A stretch of DNA of 64,000 bases. Origin: Octopus sinensis. Taxonomy: Eukaryota. The stretch's first letter is position 1; the number at the start of each line of letters is the position of its first letter. The notes beneath the pieces are model-generated. The model was not told where the DNA came from. It made no database searches and saw only the letters and a list, made by a program, of their open reading frames with translations. A program made the translations under genes and the position numbers. Location of the stretch: positions 166,594,001-166,658,000 of the forward strand of contig NC_042997.1 in NCBI RefSeq assembly GCF_006345805.1, read 5' to 3'. Positions 23,806 through 37,526 of this stretch are shown in pieces.

Positions 23806-25310
23806 AAACAACAGACAGTACATGGATTTACAAAAGAAATAAATATGAAATTTGGCTTAGAAAAATGTGCCAAAGCAACCTTGAAAAGAGGAAAACTAGT
23901 TAAGAGTAGCAACATCACACTAGACAAAGCCAATGAAATAAGAGAATTAGATCAAAGCCAGACATACAAATATTTAGGAATCAATGAACTAGATACGGTA
24001 CACATAAACAAATAAAAGAGAAAATAACGAAAGAATAGTATAGACGAGTTAGATAAATACTGAAAACAGAGTTCAATGCTAAAAACAAGATAATAGGTAT
24101 TAACACTCTAGCCGTTACAGCTACAATATCCTTAACTGGACACTAAATGAACTAACCAAAATAGACTGGAAAGCAAGAAAAATAATGACAGGATCTAGGA
24201 TGCACCACCCAAAATCTGACATAGAAAGGCTATGTATACAACGTATAGAAGGTGGTAGAGGCCTTATACAGCTGGAAAACTATTATAAAATAACGACTGC
24301 AAAAATACCTACTTCAGAAGCAAGGAAAACTGATACAAATAGCGGCAAAACACGAGCAAAACAAAAAACTGTTTTCAGTATTTAAGGAAGCTGACAAATA
24401 CAAGCAAGGATTCATACAACCTAACAAATATGAAGAAGAAGAAGAAGAAGAAGAAGAAGAAGAAGAAGAAGAAGAAGAAGAAGAAGAAGAAGAAGAAGAA
24501 GAAGAAGAAGAAGAAGAAGAAGAAGAAGAAGAAGAAGAAGAAGAAGAAACTAAAGCTATAAAACAAATGAAATCCAAACTAAAACTAGAACAGCAACGGA
24601 CCTTGATAAAACGATGCCAAGAATAGCCCCCACATGGCAAATATTGGGCTAAACTAAACGCAAAAGAAATAGACAGAGAAAACTCCCAGCAATGGTTAAG
24701 AAGCTCAAGACTCAAAGCAGAGACTAAAGGATTTTTAATTGCGGTATAAGACCAAAGCCTCCTCGCCAGAAATTACCAAAACCATATAATGAAAAGAAAT
24801 ATAACAAATAACTGCAGAATATGTGGAGAAGGATAAGAAACAATAAATCATGTTATCTCTGGTTGCCCAGTCCTGGCTAAGAAGGAATATATTCACAGAC
24901 ATGACAGAGTTGGGACCTTCATACACTGGAAGCTATGCTAACACTATGGAATAACAACAGAAAAAAGATGGTATAAGCACATGCCAGAAAAGGTCACAAA
25001 GAAAACGAGAAGGCAACCATACTATGGGATATGCCAATACACACAGATAGAGAAAGGCCAATAGGCCAGATATAGTTGTCAGGGATCATGAAGAAAAAAA
25101 AAATGCTTTCTAATTGATGTATCAATACCAGCAAATGACAAAGTTTCTCTAAAAGAAATGGAGAAATTCTCAAAATACAAAGACCTGGAAATAGACGTAA
25201 CTCGAATGTGGAATCTAAAAGCAGAAACAATTCCTATCATAGTAGGCGCATTAGGTATGATTAAAGAATATTCAGACAAATACATAACAATAACACCAGG
25301 ACTAACAAGT
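23806..25310 (+). mobile_element. R4/Dong-type non-LTR retrotransposon fragment (RT end, CCHC knuckle, restriction-like endonuclease), inactivated
   Basis: MKFGLEKCAK..YKYLG; LHG-type PHGKY..SQQWL..LKAET; CRICG..ETINHVISGC; NRPDIVV..LIDVSIP..KYKDL..IPIIVGALG; several stops and frameshifts; in-frame (GAA)39 at 24432-24548. Confidence 0.8.
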
Positions 25311-25383
25311 GGTGGGTGGGCACCAGTGGATTGTATCGACTCCAGTACTCAACTGGTACTCATTTTATCGATCCTGAAAAGAT

Positions 25384-25970
25384 GAAAGGCAAAGTCGACC
25401 TCGGCGACGAGCGAAATACCTATTTCTTTACTACACACAAGGGGCTAAACATAGAGGGGACAAACAAGGACAGACAAACGGATTAAGTCGATTACATCGA
25501 CTCCAGTGCGTCACTGGTACTTAATTTATCGACCCCGAAAGGATGAAAAGTAAAGTCGACCTCGGCGGAATTTGAACTCAGAACGCAGCGGCAGACGAAA
25601 TACCACTAAGCATTTCGCCCAGCGTGCTAATGATTCTGCCAGCTCGCCGCCTTCATCATCATCATCATCATCATCACCATTATTGTTATTATTAGACGTC
25701 TCATAGTATTGAAGATATTGTATCTACCGGAGGTTTGCACTGCTATTATTAATAATAAATCCTTTCTACTATAGGCACAAGGCCTGAAAATTTGTGGGGA
25801 GTGGGTAGTCGATTACATCAACCGTAATACTCAACTGGTATGTAATTTACCGACCCCGAAAGGACAAAAGGCAAAGTCGACCTCGATGGAATTTGAACTC
25901 AGAGCATACTGACAGGAGAAATACTGCTAAGCATTTTGTCCAGCATGCTAACGATTCTGCCAGCTTGCCG
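25384..25970 (-). mobile_element. family A SINE copies
   Basis: 25384-25652 is the reverse complement of the 4487-type element; a further copy lies at 25755-25970. Confidence 0.75.
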
Positions 25971-25984
25971 CCTTATAATAATAA

Positions 25985-26052
<68 letters not shown>

Positions 26053-26230
26053 ATTTTAACACAAGCATAAGGCCTAACATTTGTGTGGATGTTATAGAAC
26101 TTGATTGGTATTTCTTTTAACGACTTCGGTAAAATGAAAGAGTTCTGACTTTAGTTGAATTTGAACTCAAAACGTAAAGGAACGTTACTAATTCGTAATC
26201 CTTCTTTTATATCTTATTTCTTCTTCACAG

Positions 26231-26666
26231 TAAAACAAGCAGCACATTTGTCCCACGTCGGTTTAAATTGAATGAGGAAAGAATTAAACACCATTTACGC
26301 CAAGATGCATCAAAGAAAGAGACAAAAAGTAGTAAATGTAATATTCCTGACCCAAAGAACGGTAGCAATTCTTTATCGAACAACAAAAGTAACAACAAAG
26401 AATGCAGGCGACAGTACTGCGCTAAGTCTTTATCAAACAGCATCAATTCTTCCACAGTTAGTTTAGAATCGACTCCAATCATCACGAAGCAAATGGTTGA
26501 AAGAGGAACCATGGCTTGTATGCCACACTTATACACTATTTCTATGGAGAAATCTCAAGCGAGACGAAAGGACCATATCATATTAAAGGACCACAATGGG
26601 CATTGCGTTGGTTATGCTATACCTGTAAGTATAATTATATACCACAGTATATACAGCTCCGTGTAA
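26231..26666 (+). CDS. probable terminal coding exon: cytoplasmic tail of the Sushi-TM protein
   Basis: Strong acceptor ttcttcttcacag|t in phase 2, matching the TM exon donor; 144-codon stop-free non-repetitive frame (R)KTSSTFVPRRFKLNEERIKHHLRQ...IYSSV*; an internal cct|gtaagt donor at 26623/26624 could be used instead. Linkage across the 19.6-kb intron is inferred. Confidence 0.6.
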
Positions 26667-28395
26667 GACCTGTAGTGAATCTTGCATGCATGAAGTGGAT
26701 TCGATCCACCATAGCCAAATTTAAATTAACACTGCAACAGAACTGTTCCCACGGTGGAACAACGGTTTTTCTCTGACGGCAGTTTTTATATTTTCCAGAT
26801 GGCTTTAGCTAGGCCGAAATAATGTCTTCACCACTTGACCCTTTCTAACCTCTTCTACTTCACCAAAAGCTAGAATAGATAACAAGACCACCAACTAAAA
26901 CTATTGTTCTCGATGATATATCTATCCTTCTGGATCTTTATATAAGCAAGCACATCCCAAGCAAAAAGCAGTTCGTCACAGTTGTGACGACTCAACGGAG
27001 TTAGTCACAGTTGGTGACGACTCAACGAGGTCTGGCTGACCAACCTTGGTCAGAGGGAGAAAGCAACTGTGAGACAACACCCTACAATTCTCTCTAGCTC
27101 TAATTCTGTTCTCTTACAACATTATTCTATCTCTCTCTGTAATTACTACTACTAAACAATGAAGAGGACACAAACACAAACTTTACTTCGCATGCTTTTG
27201 GATTTATTACAACCTGCCCGTCGAGGCAATTCCTAGCCGTTACAGACCACAATATAATTATGTAGTAGTTTCGGTCAATCAGCATATATTACCAGTGCTT
27301 ACTTATAGGGAAAAGGAAAAAAGTTAATGCTGTTCTAGGCAGAATTCTATTGATATTTCACTCCCAACATGTTGCTCAATCTGATGCTATAGTAGAAGAT
27401 ATGTATCCAATGTACCACAAGGCACAGGAGGCTTGAACCCAGATTCATATGACTGCAAAATGGATTTAACCATACTCATGTTTATAGCTGTATTTTAACC
27501 TTATTTGTCCAGTATCGTTGTAGTGGTGACAGAAATTGGTTGCCTAATTGTAGCCAACACTAACTTTTTTTGTCCGGGTATTGATAGCATAATCATAGAA
27601 ATAGTACTAATTCGATCGTGATTTATACCTTCAAAACAGGCCATTTAATAAAAATAATAGTATTTGATTTTTTGTTTGTTTTTTACTTGCTTGCCCAAGA
27701 GGAATGGACAGTGCGGGCGCTTTAGACAGTGAGATTTATGCTATTAATGTTCTTCTGGAACTTTTCTAAATTAATGCTTGCTGGAAAGATACAGGCATGA
27801 AAGAAGGGAAGAAAGACTGGACAGAATGGTTAGTGTGGGACCTGGGGCGAAGTTAGACACAAGGGTGATGAGAGGAAGGGAGACCAGTAAGTTGAGAATA
27901 TCAGAGTGGAGGTGGTATGAACCTAACCAGCGAAAATATAATGATATTTATGGAGTTCTGCAAATAAGATACTTTATTTCATTCACTTATCAAACTTACC
28001 ATGTAAATCGCAGATTAAGTTTACTAGAATCTGTCTGTCTATATGTATGTCTCTGTCTCTCTGTTTCTTTCTCTTTCTCCCTTTTACTTTAATAATAAAC
28101 TGAATGATAACGACATCCGTAAGAAATGCTTTTATTATATATACCTGTCTTTACCTTTTTCCTTCTTTAAAGTTGATAATCTAATTTAATCTAATGCAAT
28201 ACTAAATAGGCCCCAGATTCCTGACCACATCGTACTGATGAAATCCAAACAGATTGAAATAACAGTTAAATAAGAATGTTAAGGATTCTATGATTAAAAA
28301 AATTAAAGACAGAAAATTTGATCCAATAAATGCACGAATACATTTTATTTATTTTACTTCACCAACGAAAAAATAATATATATATATATATATTT

Positions 28396-28590
28396 GACGC
28401 CATGATAGATCGTTAGCCACTACACACATTTTTTTCTCTCTCCTTGTTTTTTCTGTGTCCCATACTGTAGAAGAGCGTAGGCTCGAAACGTAAAAGACTT
28501 TTTCTATTCCTGAGCGTTATACTAATACATCTGTTTGTTTTGTACACCACCTGTCTTCGTCTTTTGTTTTTTTCGTAAACTCTCCCTGTA
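28396..28590 (+). mobile_element. short PLE-pLTR-like repeat with degenerate minimal hammerhead-like motif
   Basis: ctgtaga-a-gagc-gtag-gctc-gaaa-cg-ta-aaagac at 28465-28498; flanked by TA and CA microsatellites. Confidence 0.55.
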
Positions 28591-28598
28591 TATATATG

Positions 28599-28600
<2 letters not shown>

Positions 28601-28641
<41 letters not shown>

Positions 28642-28655
28642 ACACACACACACAC

Positions 28656-28725
<70 letters not shown>
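28601..28725. repeat. (CA)n microsatellite
   Basis: Read directly; similar TA/CA/CATA/GA tracts at 7853-7945, 12405-12720, 14600-14748, 14968-15120, 15388-15490, 29360-29520, 61696-61765. Confidence 0.95.
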
Positions 28726-28738
<13 letters not shown>

Positions 28739-29435
28739 AACAGCTTATAAACAGGGGCATGGTTATTGACGATGTGTCTATTTTCGGCATATTTGGCATT
28801 AGAAAATTTTTTCTTTTGCCCTTGTTTATAAGTTGTTTATAAATTTAACCATTAAAGGTATTTTTTAATATGCTGGCTAAGCGAGCAGGCCAATATATAT
28901 ATATATAATATATATATATATATATAATATAGATACCTGACGAGGTGATTCTAACTTGCAATAGAGATGAACAGCGTATTAACAGAAAGCCTGCAAGTAC
29001 TCAATATCAAAAACAGAATGGATGAAGAATAATCAAACAAATATAAAAGAAACTATTCTGTTTCTATCGAAGAACTATGTCTAAGTTATTTCGTACATAA
29101 GATAGATCTTAGAGTTAGGATTAAGATCAGAAGTTGGAAACAAGCATAGTTGAGAGTGTCATTTGCACAATACAAGCTACATGTCAGTCCATGATTTTGA
29201 GCTTGTTAATTAGAGCTAGAGTTCTGACTGCAGATGAACTCGAAACTGTTAGGTTGAATGAAAATATTTCAGGGGTGTGTTTGGCATATTAAGTTTGAAT
29301 AGGGTAGAGCCTATATAGGTGATATTGTGGACTGAAAAAAGTTGTTTGTAAAATGTTTATACACACGTATACACACACACACACAGGCACACATATATGC
29401 ATGTGCACGTGTACATACACACACACACACATACG

Positions 29436-29495
<60 letters not shown>

Positions 29496-30511
29496 ACACA
29501 CACACACACGTGTACATATATACATAACGAATGCAATTCGATAGCGAGCAATACCATCGCCTGATTCACATGAATAGCACAAGATATGGTTTTTCAGTCC
29601 TGCTATGAACCTACACACTTTTGCACAGATGTGGAAAGGATATTCGTCTCGTGCCTCAGGTGCTCAGAGAGCTTCTACTGCTTTTAAATTAATAAGTATC
29701 TCTCCTGAAAAATTCTGAAAACTTCTGGAATGCATCCTCTATTTCTCCATTTTCCCTTCTCTGTTCTTTTCTCTCCTTGTCTATTCTGTCTTTCAGAAGG
29801 AGAGTAAATACTCGAAATGTAAAAGACATTTTCTTTTTTTTCTCTCAATTCTTGAGCAGTGTCAACCTAATTCACTTTATTTTTTTTTTTACCTCGTCTT
29901 TGTGTTGTATTTTTTTGCATTATACATATACAAATACACACACTCACAATATTCACCCTTATCCTTGTGACTGGAATGGAATATATCTCACTGAAGAGAT
30001 ATAATAAAATCAAAACACATCTGATGCTTCCAGCAGATCGGTTGCAGCCTACATTGTTTATTGTGTCCAAAAATTAATACTACCTAATTTTATTGGAGTT
30101 TTCTCCTTTGCATATTGTTTTATATTTTTTAAACACCGTCTAGAGGAAGTTTAATTTTACTAATTGCTTGGATAATATCACTTTGTCAAATATTTTCAAC
30201 TCCCTACATCAAATATGTGAAGCCCTAATTTATATCTATTATGTTGAAAGGTCGACACCATATTCTTTGATATAATTATAGCGTTAATACTGGTGATAAA
30301 ATCCAGTACAAAAATTCAAAATTAATTGTTGTCTTTCTCATTAGCTAGACACAAGGAAATGGGTTGCTGAGTCACGTGACGAGCATGAAAGGAACAGCAG
30401 TATGTCTTCAATCATATCATATGACCAAAATAACATTGATAAACATGAACAACAGGTAATAATATTCTCTTTTTATTTCTTTATTTCTCCTTGTATGTTT
30501 AAACATATGCA

Positions 30512-30923
30512 GGATCTTTTCGGTTTGAACGGCAGTTTTTTTCTAGCGGTGTCATGTGAAATTGTCACCCATAATTATGACCCCAGCATCGATCTATTGC
30601 ATTTCAATCTGTTTTAGGGTTAGGGGTGGGGGGAAGGGTATCTTTTTTTCTTCACAAATCTAAATAAACCCAACCTGTTTCTTAAACGAAGGACATATTC
30701 ATACGGCACAGAATGTTTTTTACATTAATAGACGTATTTGATTGGTTGAAATTGCAGAAATTGCAGAAAAAGAACAACAAATATCTTACAAACTATAGTA
30801 TTTTCTCAATAAAGCCAAGAGAAAAAGATGTTTTATAAACACATTCTACCAGTATACGAAGTTTAAAATTTTTTAGTTACCTAGAAATTATGTTAAAAAC
30901 TGCCGTTCAAACCGAAAAGATCC
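30512..30923. mobile_element. non-autonomous DNA transposon, GG-initiated TIRs, 8-bp TSD (Merlin-like or hAT-like)
   Basis: 26-bp TIR ggatcttttcggtttgaacggcagtt / aactgccgttcaaaccgaaaagatcc; TSD catatgca at 30504-30511 and 30924-30931. Confidence 0.85.
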
Positions 30924-31816
30924 CATATGCATGTATGTGCGCATATATGCATCCCTGTATAAATGTTTTATATATCATAATAGCAAACGCCCCTCCCCGT
31001 CCATTGGACGGTTTGTATAGGTGAAGAGGGCTAACTTGGACGGTGTTAAGTTGTGGAGATGTTTGGTGATTGTATGGGGTTGTTACTTTTGGTTAGGGCA
31101 TTAAAGATTCCTGAGACGTTAAAACTGTTGATTGTTTCTTCTAAATAAGGAAAATTGATTGATAGTGAATCTTAATACAGTGAACCTTTTCAAAATTGTC
31201 ATGAGGCCAATATATGCAACTTCCAGTGGAATCGGACATCAAAATTAACCTTAAACTTTTTGCACTCAAACACATTCACATTAGGATAAGCACAATGTAC
31301 TCTTCCATCGTACATACCTCATGTTGACACCTATACGTCAGACTGAACGCTGTTTTATCTCCAAAGTGAATATTGCAAGTGATATTTAAGCAATAAACAG
31401 TTCTTTGGTTTTAGCATTTGATGACTTGCTTTACGAATTTTATTTCGATTTTCACTGGCGTAGTGGTAAGAACTGCGGGATAAGCAACATTAGTTTCGAA
31501 TAAAAATATAAATGGAAGTTTTAATCACCCCATGGACAGGCAAACAGAAACTGCTACTCAATAAAGGCGCAAAAATGCTTAGTGAAATCTTTCCTCTCTC
31601 AAAAACTGACACAAAAAGAGTTGAAACTCAGGGGTGAAAAAACAATGCAAGAGAATAACATAGAGCATGTTCTTTGCAAATAATTTTATCTCAAAAATTG
31701 AACTTATTTTTTTAAAGTTGGATGAGAAATGTTAGATAAGGTTTTAGATGTAACCCACCCCACTCCAATTTTTCGCGTTTTATAAGCAATCAATTAGACT
31801 TTTCTACTTTCAATTG

Positions 31817-31985
31817 GTGGAGGGGCAATGGCCTAGTGGTCAGGGCAGCGGACTCGCGGTTGTAGGATCGCGGTCTCGATTCTCAGACTGGGCGTTGTGA
31901 GTGTTTATTGAGTGAAAACACCTAAAGCTCCACTCTTTCTTCTGTTGGCCTTCTCGCTTAGCCAGCGGGGTGGCGTCATTTGAAG
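31817..31985 (+). mobile_element. tRNA-derived SINE (family C), internally deleted
   Basis: Matches 37527-37790 and rc of 58960-59215. Confidence 0.7.
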
Positions 31986-32239
31986 GCTAAAATAATGCGA
32001 TTCTACTCTAATCGCCCGTTTCCGGGCAAATTACCATTTGTTGTTGACGACAGACCCCGCCAATGCCCACTTAACCAATTTGCTAATTTGGTCTCTGTAA
32101 GTACACAGCCGGGAATGACGCATTCACTTTCCATTAACAGAGTCCCTGCCTGCAAAATCTGTGGTCTATTCTAGTTAACGATTTAAAAAAGCGAACAACT
32201 TATACTATCCTGATCTACTAGCCTATAGAATAATCCACC

Positions 32240-32800
32240 TAGATATGACTCAGATGAGCTGATACGATGCATCCATATACGCATTGGCACACTCGGAAAC
32301 ACCTGAGCAGATTTGTAAGGCTTTTGCACTTCCCACTCCTATCAGCTAGCCCCACACATCCCAAACGGATATTCAAGATAGTTTTCTAGTCACTAAAAAT
32401 TATAATGTTCCCAGGTAAAGTTCCAGACGTCTGAAGAAATCTAGCTGTCCTGATTCTGTCGGAGCATAAACAGTCACTAGTCGGAAAGCACCCTCTTCGT
32501 TACTGTTCACACTCAGGACCATCTTTCTAGGTCCAAGAAGATGGTCCGTAACATGAGATCCAAAACTTTCCAAAATAATACTACAGTTGTCTCTCCTATT
32601 CCCAGTCAACGTGGAGATAAATATACCCCGTATCCATCGAAAATGGGAATAAGGGCTTGTGCATCGGAAAATCTGGTCTCACTGATAGGCAATACATCTC
32701 TGAGGCTGTTCAGCAGGTGGCCCTGTTTCCAAGGACTCCAGACCACATGCATTCACACTGTCCTTCTAAGTATAGTGATGTTGGATGAGAGAGAAAGAGA
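32240..32800 (-). mobile_element. L1/Tx1-type apurinic endonuclease fragment, degenerate
   Basis: EEGAFRLVTVYAPTESGQLDFFRRLELYL resembles the APE N.YAP...FF motif; stops present. Confidence 0.5.
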
Positions 32801-35800
32801 ATGAAAATAAACGTTTACTCTATTTCTGTGGAGGAACAGGTATTTTGTCCTTCATGTTAGATGTGGGTATTTACACGAACAGTTCTTTAAATGGTCTATT
32901 GTTCGTTATTATTAAATTCTCCTAGGGAATTTGTTTAGGGCATTTACTTTTTAAAGTGTTGTATGTGCGTTGCAAAATTGGATACTTTTTACGTGTGATG
33001 GAAGATTTTTATCGCGTGTAATACTAGCATTTTCATGTATGTGTTCCATTAATGTTTTATGGCAAATGATATCCTAATCTTCTGTCCTTGACCGTTGAGT
33101 GTAATTTTGTACCGTCTGCAAGAATAATCAGAAGCAGGATGGCTTCCATACTCTGGTGAGCCGTTTGGATTAGTAGTTCCATCCACTGACCCTGACTAAT
33201 TATTGTTTCTACAACCTCTGGATTGGTTTTCTCCTTTACATCGAAGTGGGTCACTGTCATCAACTAGTAACTGATTTCTGAGTACATGTCGACTATTTTT
33301 ATTTAAAAAAAACCCACAGGCAGAGTAAATCAGTATTTGAGTTCGTCACTCGTTAGGCTAGTTGTGGAGTATTTTCTGGTCTTATCTTCTGTAATGAGTC
33401 TGTTGCTCCGAATTTCTTTCCCCTGGCTATTCATGTTCTTGTGCTCCGGATTGGTCTAAAGCACTTTTCAGTCTATTGGCATGTAGCTTGTTTTTTTTTT
33501 AGGCGTTTTGTTGCCATAGTTTTCTATATGACTGCTCGAAAATTGATTTGTTGTTGGATGGATCTTGGTATACCGAGTGCCACATTTTGGCCACATTTCT
33601 TTAATATACTTTACACACTTTTTAGTTCATTTAAGTCATTTGATTCATTGTATCGGCAAAACTGCTAACGCTAGATTTGCATATTTTATTTGTATTGGAT
33701 ATAAATGCATGTGAAATAGATAAATAAAATGTTATGACATCATATCTTTCTTTCTTGAGTGTTTTTGCAATACATATAAAGAGAAATGGGTACACCTCGG
33801 AATCGAAACTAGAAAGTATAACTAGCTCACAAAGCATTTATCTCAATCATATAGCACTTCCAGGAAGCATGATTATTACTGTTTTTTTTCCTTACCTGCT
33901 TTAAAATTTAAGTCCTTGTATCTGATGTATGAAATCTGTATGCTCACTATTTATTACATGTTGTTTAAATATTCACCCAACAGATTGTGAAAACCAGCCA
34001 TATTACCAACTCAACACCATCGTATACGGACCATGGCCCTCATAGGTTGAAACCGACGGTGCTCTATATTCACAGCGATATTCATCAAAAAAATATCAGA
34101 AATTCTAGATTGAACCCTAACACAAGACACCGTAAAGGTGTAACTAAAGAGTATACTTTTAACCAAGGATGGGGTATGTTACCTCAGGCCAAGAAACTGA
34201 CTGGATGGATTCCTCACTCACGTCCTATGCGTAATAACAATACAAGCACTCAGTAGACATGGTTATTTAAAGTAACAATAGTTTAACATTCAGTAAGTCG
34301 AAACAACTGCAATCCCAAGTTGAATTTGAGTCATGTTCATTACAAATGTCACATGAATATCAAATGTAACTTTTTTGCATATAACTATAATGCCTCATTG
34401 CTTGCATTCAAATTGATTTACCTACCTACGTACCTACCTGCTTACCTATCTATCTACCTACTTACATACATACACAGGTACATACCTAATACTCTATTGC
34501 TTATGACTACGAGAGTTCCAGCTGATCCAATCATTGAAACAGCCTGCTAGTGAAATTAACGTGCGCGTGACACAGAATGTTACAGGGCTTTTGCCAGCAG
34601 AGTGAACTGGAGCAACGTGACATAAAGTGTCTTGCTCAAGAACACAAAGCGCTGCCGGTAATCAAACTCATGACTTCATGATATCTTAACCCTTAGCCAC
34701 GCACCAGCATGCATGCATGCATCCATCCATCCATCCATCCGCACGCACGCACACACACACGCACGCGCGCGCATGCACACACACACATACATGCATACAG
34801 TGCATACATTACTGGTAATTAAGAACCTGGCTTTTTACCATCCTGGTACCAATTTTGAGTCATGCTTGATTGTTTTATTTTTATTTACTTATTTCTAGCA
34901 TCGATAGATCCACTGGAGACAGGTGTTCAAATCAAACAAAGTATAGGAAAGGAACCTATCATTGTCTCAAGGTTCAAGTCAACACCTTGAAATGACAGAT
35001 ATTTTTGCTTTTGACACATATCTTTCATTGATGATCTTCAAAACATGTAGCTCATGCTCTGCACATCTAATTATGTTTCAAACCCTAATTCTCAATTTTT
35101 GTATTTCTTTTGAAATAAAATTCACAAAATTTTAATGACTTTCTTTTTTGAACGGTGAATCGTGAATCAGATAATGCTATAAATAAGAATGTAAATATTG
35201 GTTTTAAAAATATTTGGATAGAAAATGTTGAAGGCTGGCCATGGGATTTGAACTGACATTTTTTTTTGTTTTGTTTTATTGTTTGAAGGAATGAGAAATA
35301 CCAGTTGTAGTATGTGGGTAATTTCGACCATCCACCACATCTCAATATACTAACACCTCACATTCTTTCCTTCCTTTATGTTAAGTTGTTCTTATGTATA
35401 TTGACCATTTTATGCACTTGGTTTGGCCTGCACTATAAGCAGGCATAAGGGTGGCTGTGTGGTAAGAAATTTGCTTCTCAGTCCCACTCCATGGCACCTT
35501 GGGCAAGTATCTTTTCCTATAGCTGACCAGAACCTTGTGTATAGATTTGGTAATGGAATCTAAAGGAATCCTGTTAAGTGTGTGTATGTCTCCCACAACT
35601 GCTGTTGGTGAGTTTATGTCACCGTAACATAGCAGTCCAGCAAAAGAGATCATTAGAATAAGTACCAGGCTTAAAAAATAAGTACAGGAGTTGATCCTTC
35701 AGACTAAAATTCTTGAAACTGGTTACTGAAACAAGTAAAAGACGTTTAAAGAAATAAATGTTCTTTATTTGACCCAAGAGAACTAGTTTATGCCTTCTTC

Positions 35801-35941
35801 CAACCAACACATGCTGAGTACTCACTTTCTCATTTGTTGACAAAATAAAATAACAGATCATACTGATCCATGGACCTAACACATGCAACCTGGTATATAT
35901 TTTATTGGTCCCTTTCAAATTGCTATGCTTTTTATCTAAAG

Positions 35942-36530
35942 CAAAGGTTCTCAACCAGGGTATACAAGACCTTTAGGGGTCCATATAAGATTTTGTTAAA
36001 ATTTCATCATTATCATCATCATGTTTAATGTCTGCTTTCCATGCTAGCATGGGTTGGACGATTTGACTAGGGACTGGCAAACCAGATGGCTGCACCAGAT
36101 TCCAATCTGATATGGCAGAGTTTCTACACCTGGATGCCCTTCCTAATGCCAACCACTCCGAGAGTGTAGTGGGTGCTTTTATGTGCCACCGGCACGAGGG
36201 TCAGTCAGGTGGTACTGGCAACGGCCACGCTCAAATGGTGCTTTTTATGTGCCACCTGCACAGGAGCCAGTCCAGCGGCACTGGCAACAACCTCGCTCAT
36301 CCAGCGGCACTGAAATTTTAACCCGAGCGAGGTTGTATCTGCAATAAATTGGTTATACTTCTTCAATAAACAAAATATTTTAACATTTTTTGTTTTTACT
36401 ACAATTCCTAATAATATTTGATTATAAAAATGCAGTCGGATATTTCTAAACATCGGATAACTATGAGGGCCCATCCAAGTAAAATAGGAAGCAAAGGGAT
36501 CCATAGGCAAAAAGTGGTTGAAAAACACTG
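35942..36530. mobile_element. hAT (Charlie-like) MITE with a nested RTE-3' repeat (~36005-36300)
   Basis: Termini caaaggttctcaacc / ggttgaaaaacactg; 8-bp TSD atctaaag / atctaaaa (7 of 8 match). Confidence 0.65.
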
Positions 36531-37526
36531 ATCTAAAAGGACAATATGTGTTACACAAGTAAATACACACACACACACACATGACAAGCATCAGCAAAAT
36601 GTTTGTCAACCAAATTCCAGTCCCAAGGCACTGGGCATCTAGATAATGTAGAAGCTGCCTATCCCAAGTCCTATATCATCATCACTTTAATGTCTACTTC
36701 TTGATGCTTGCATGAGCAGACTTTATTGAAGCAGATTTCCATACTGCCAAATACTCTTTCAGTCAACAACCCTCACTTGTTTCCAAGCAAGTAAATATTT
36801 TCTCTTGTCTATCAGATAATGAAAAGCCCAGATATACTTTTGTGGAGGATTATAAATGAACAACACCATTTGTATGAACAGTGAGTTTTTGTTTACAATC
36901 AGTGTGTACGGAAAGACAAGGGGAATACATACTTACCAAGTCCTTTGTGAGCTGCTCTCCAGCTATCTATCTGAGGCTTTATATAGCTATGGTGGGGCCT
37001 CACCTGGAATGGGCTTCTACTAGTTTCTGTAAATGAAATTTCACTCACAAAGCAATGGTCAGCTTGCAGATATAGTAGAAGACACCACCCAACAGTCAAC
37101 CTAGTGAGGGTGAACCCCTAACCATATGTTTCTGAAGAAAACTGTTCAACCATATAGCCATGTGTGTGTGTGTAATGGTATGGAGTGTATGTGGTCTCCT
37201 GGGATATGCAGATGTGCAAGTATAGGATAGTGGGTGAGTAGGAAAATGGTATGTAAATGAAACTATGCTGAATGTGAGAGGATATATACATATACACACA
37301 CACACACACATGCATCAATACACTTGATAGTATACTACACATTTTTTAGGATAATTTATATGCAAAATTTTAGTCTGTAAAGTAAAGAAAGTGATAACAT
37401 CACAGACTTGTCTTCATTAAAAATACTGATTTGATTAGTCACCCTCTAAGGTTACCCATTTTCTGTCCACAGAAAGAGTTGTAGATTACAGGATCTATAG
37501 TATAGGTTATTATAGTATAGTATATA

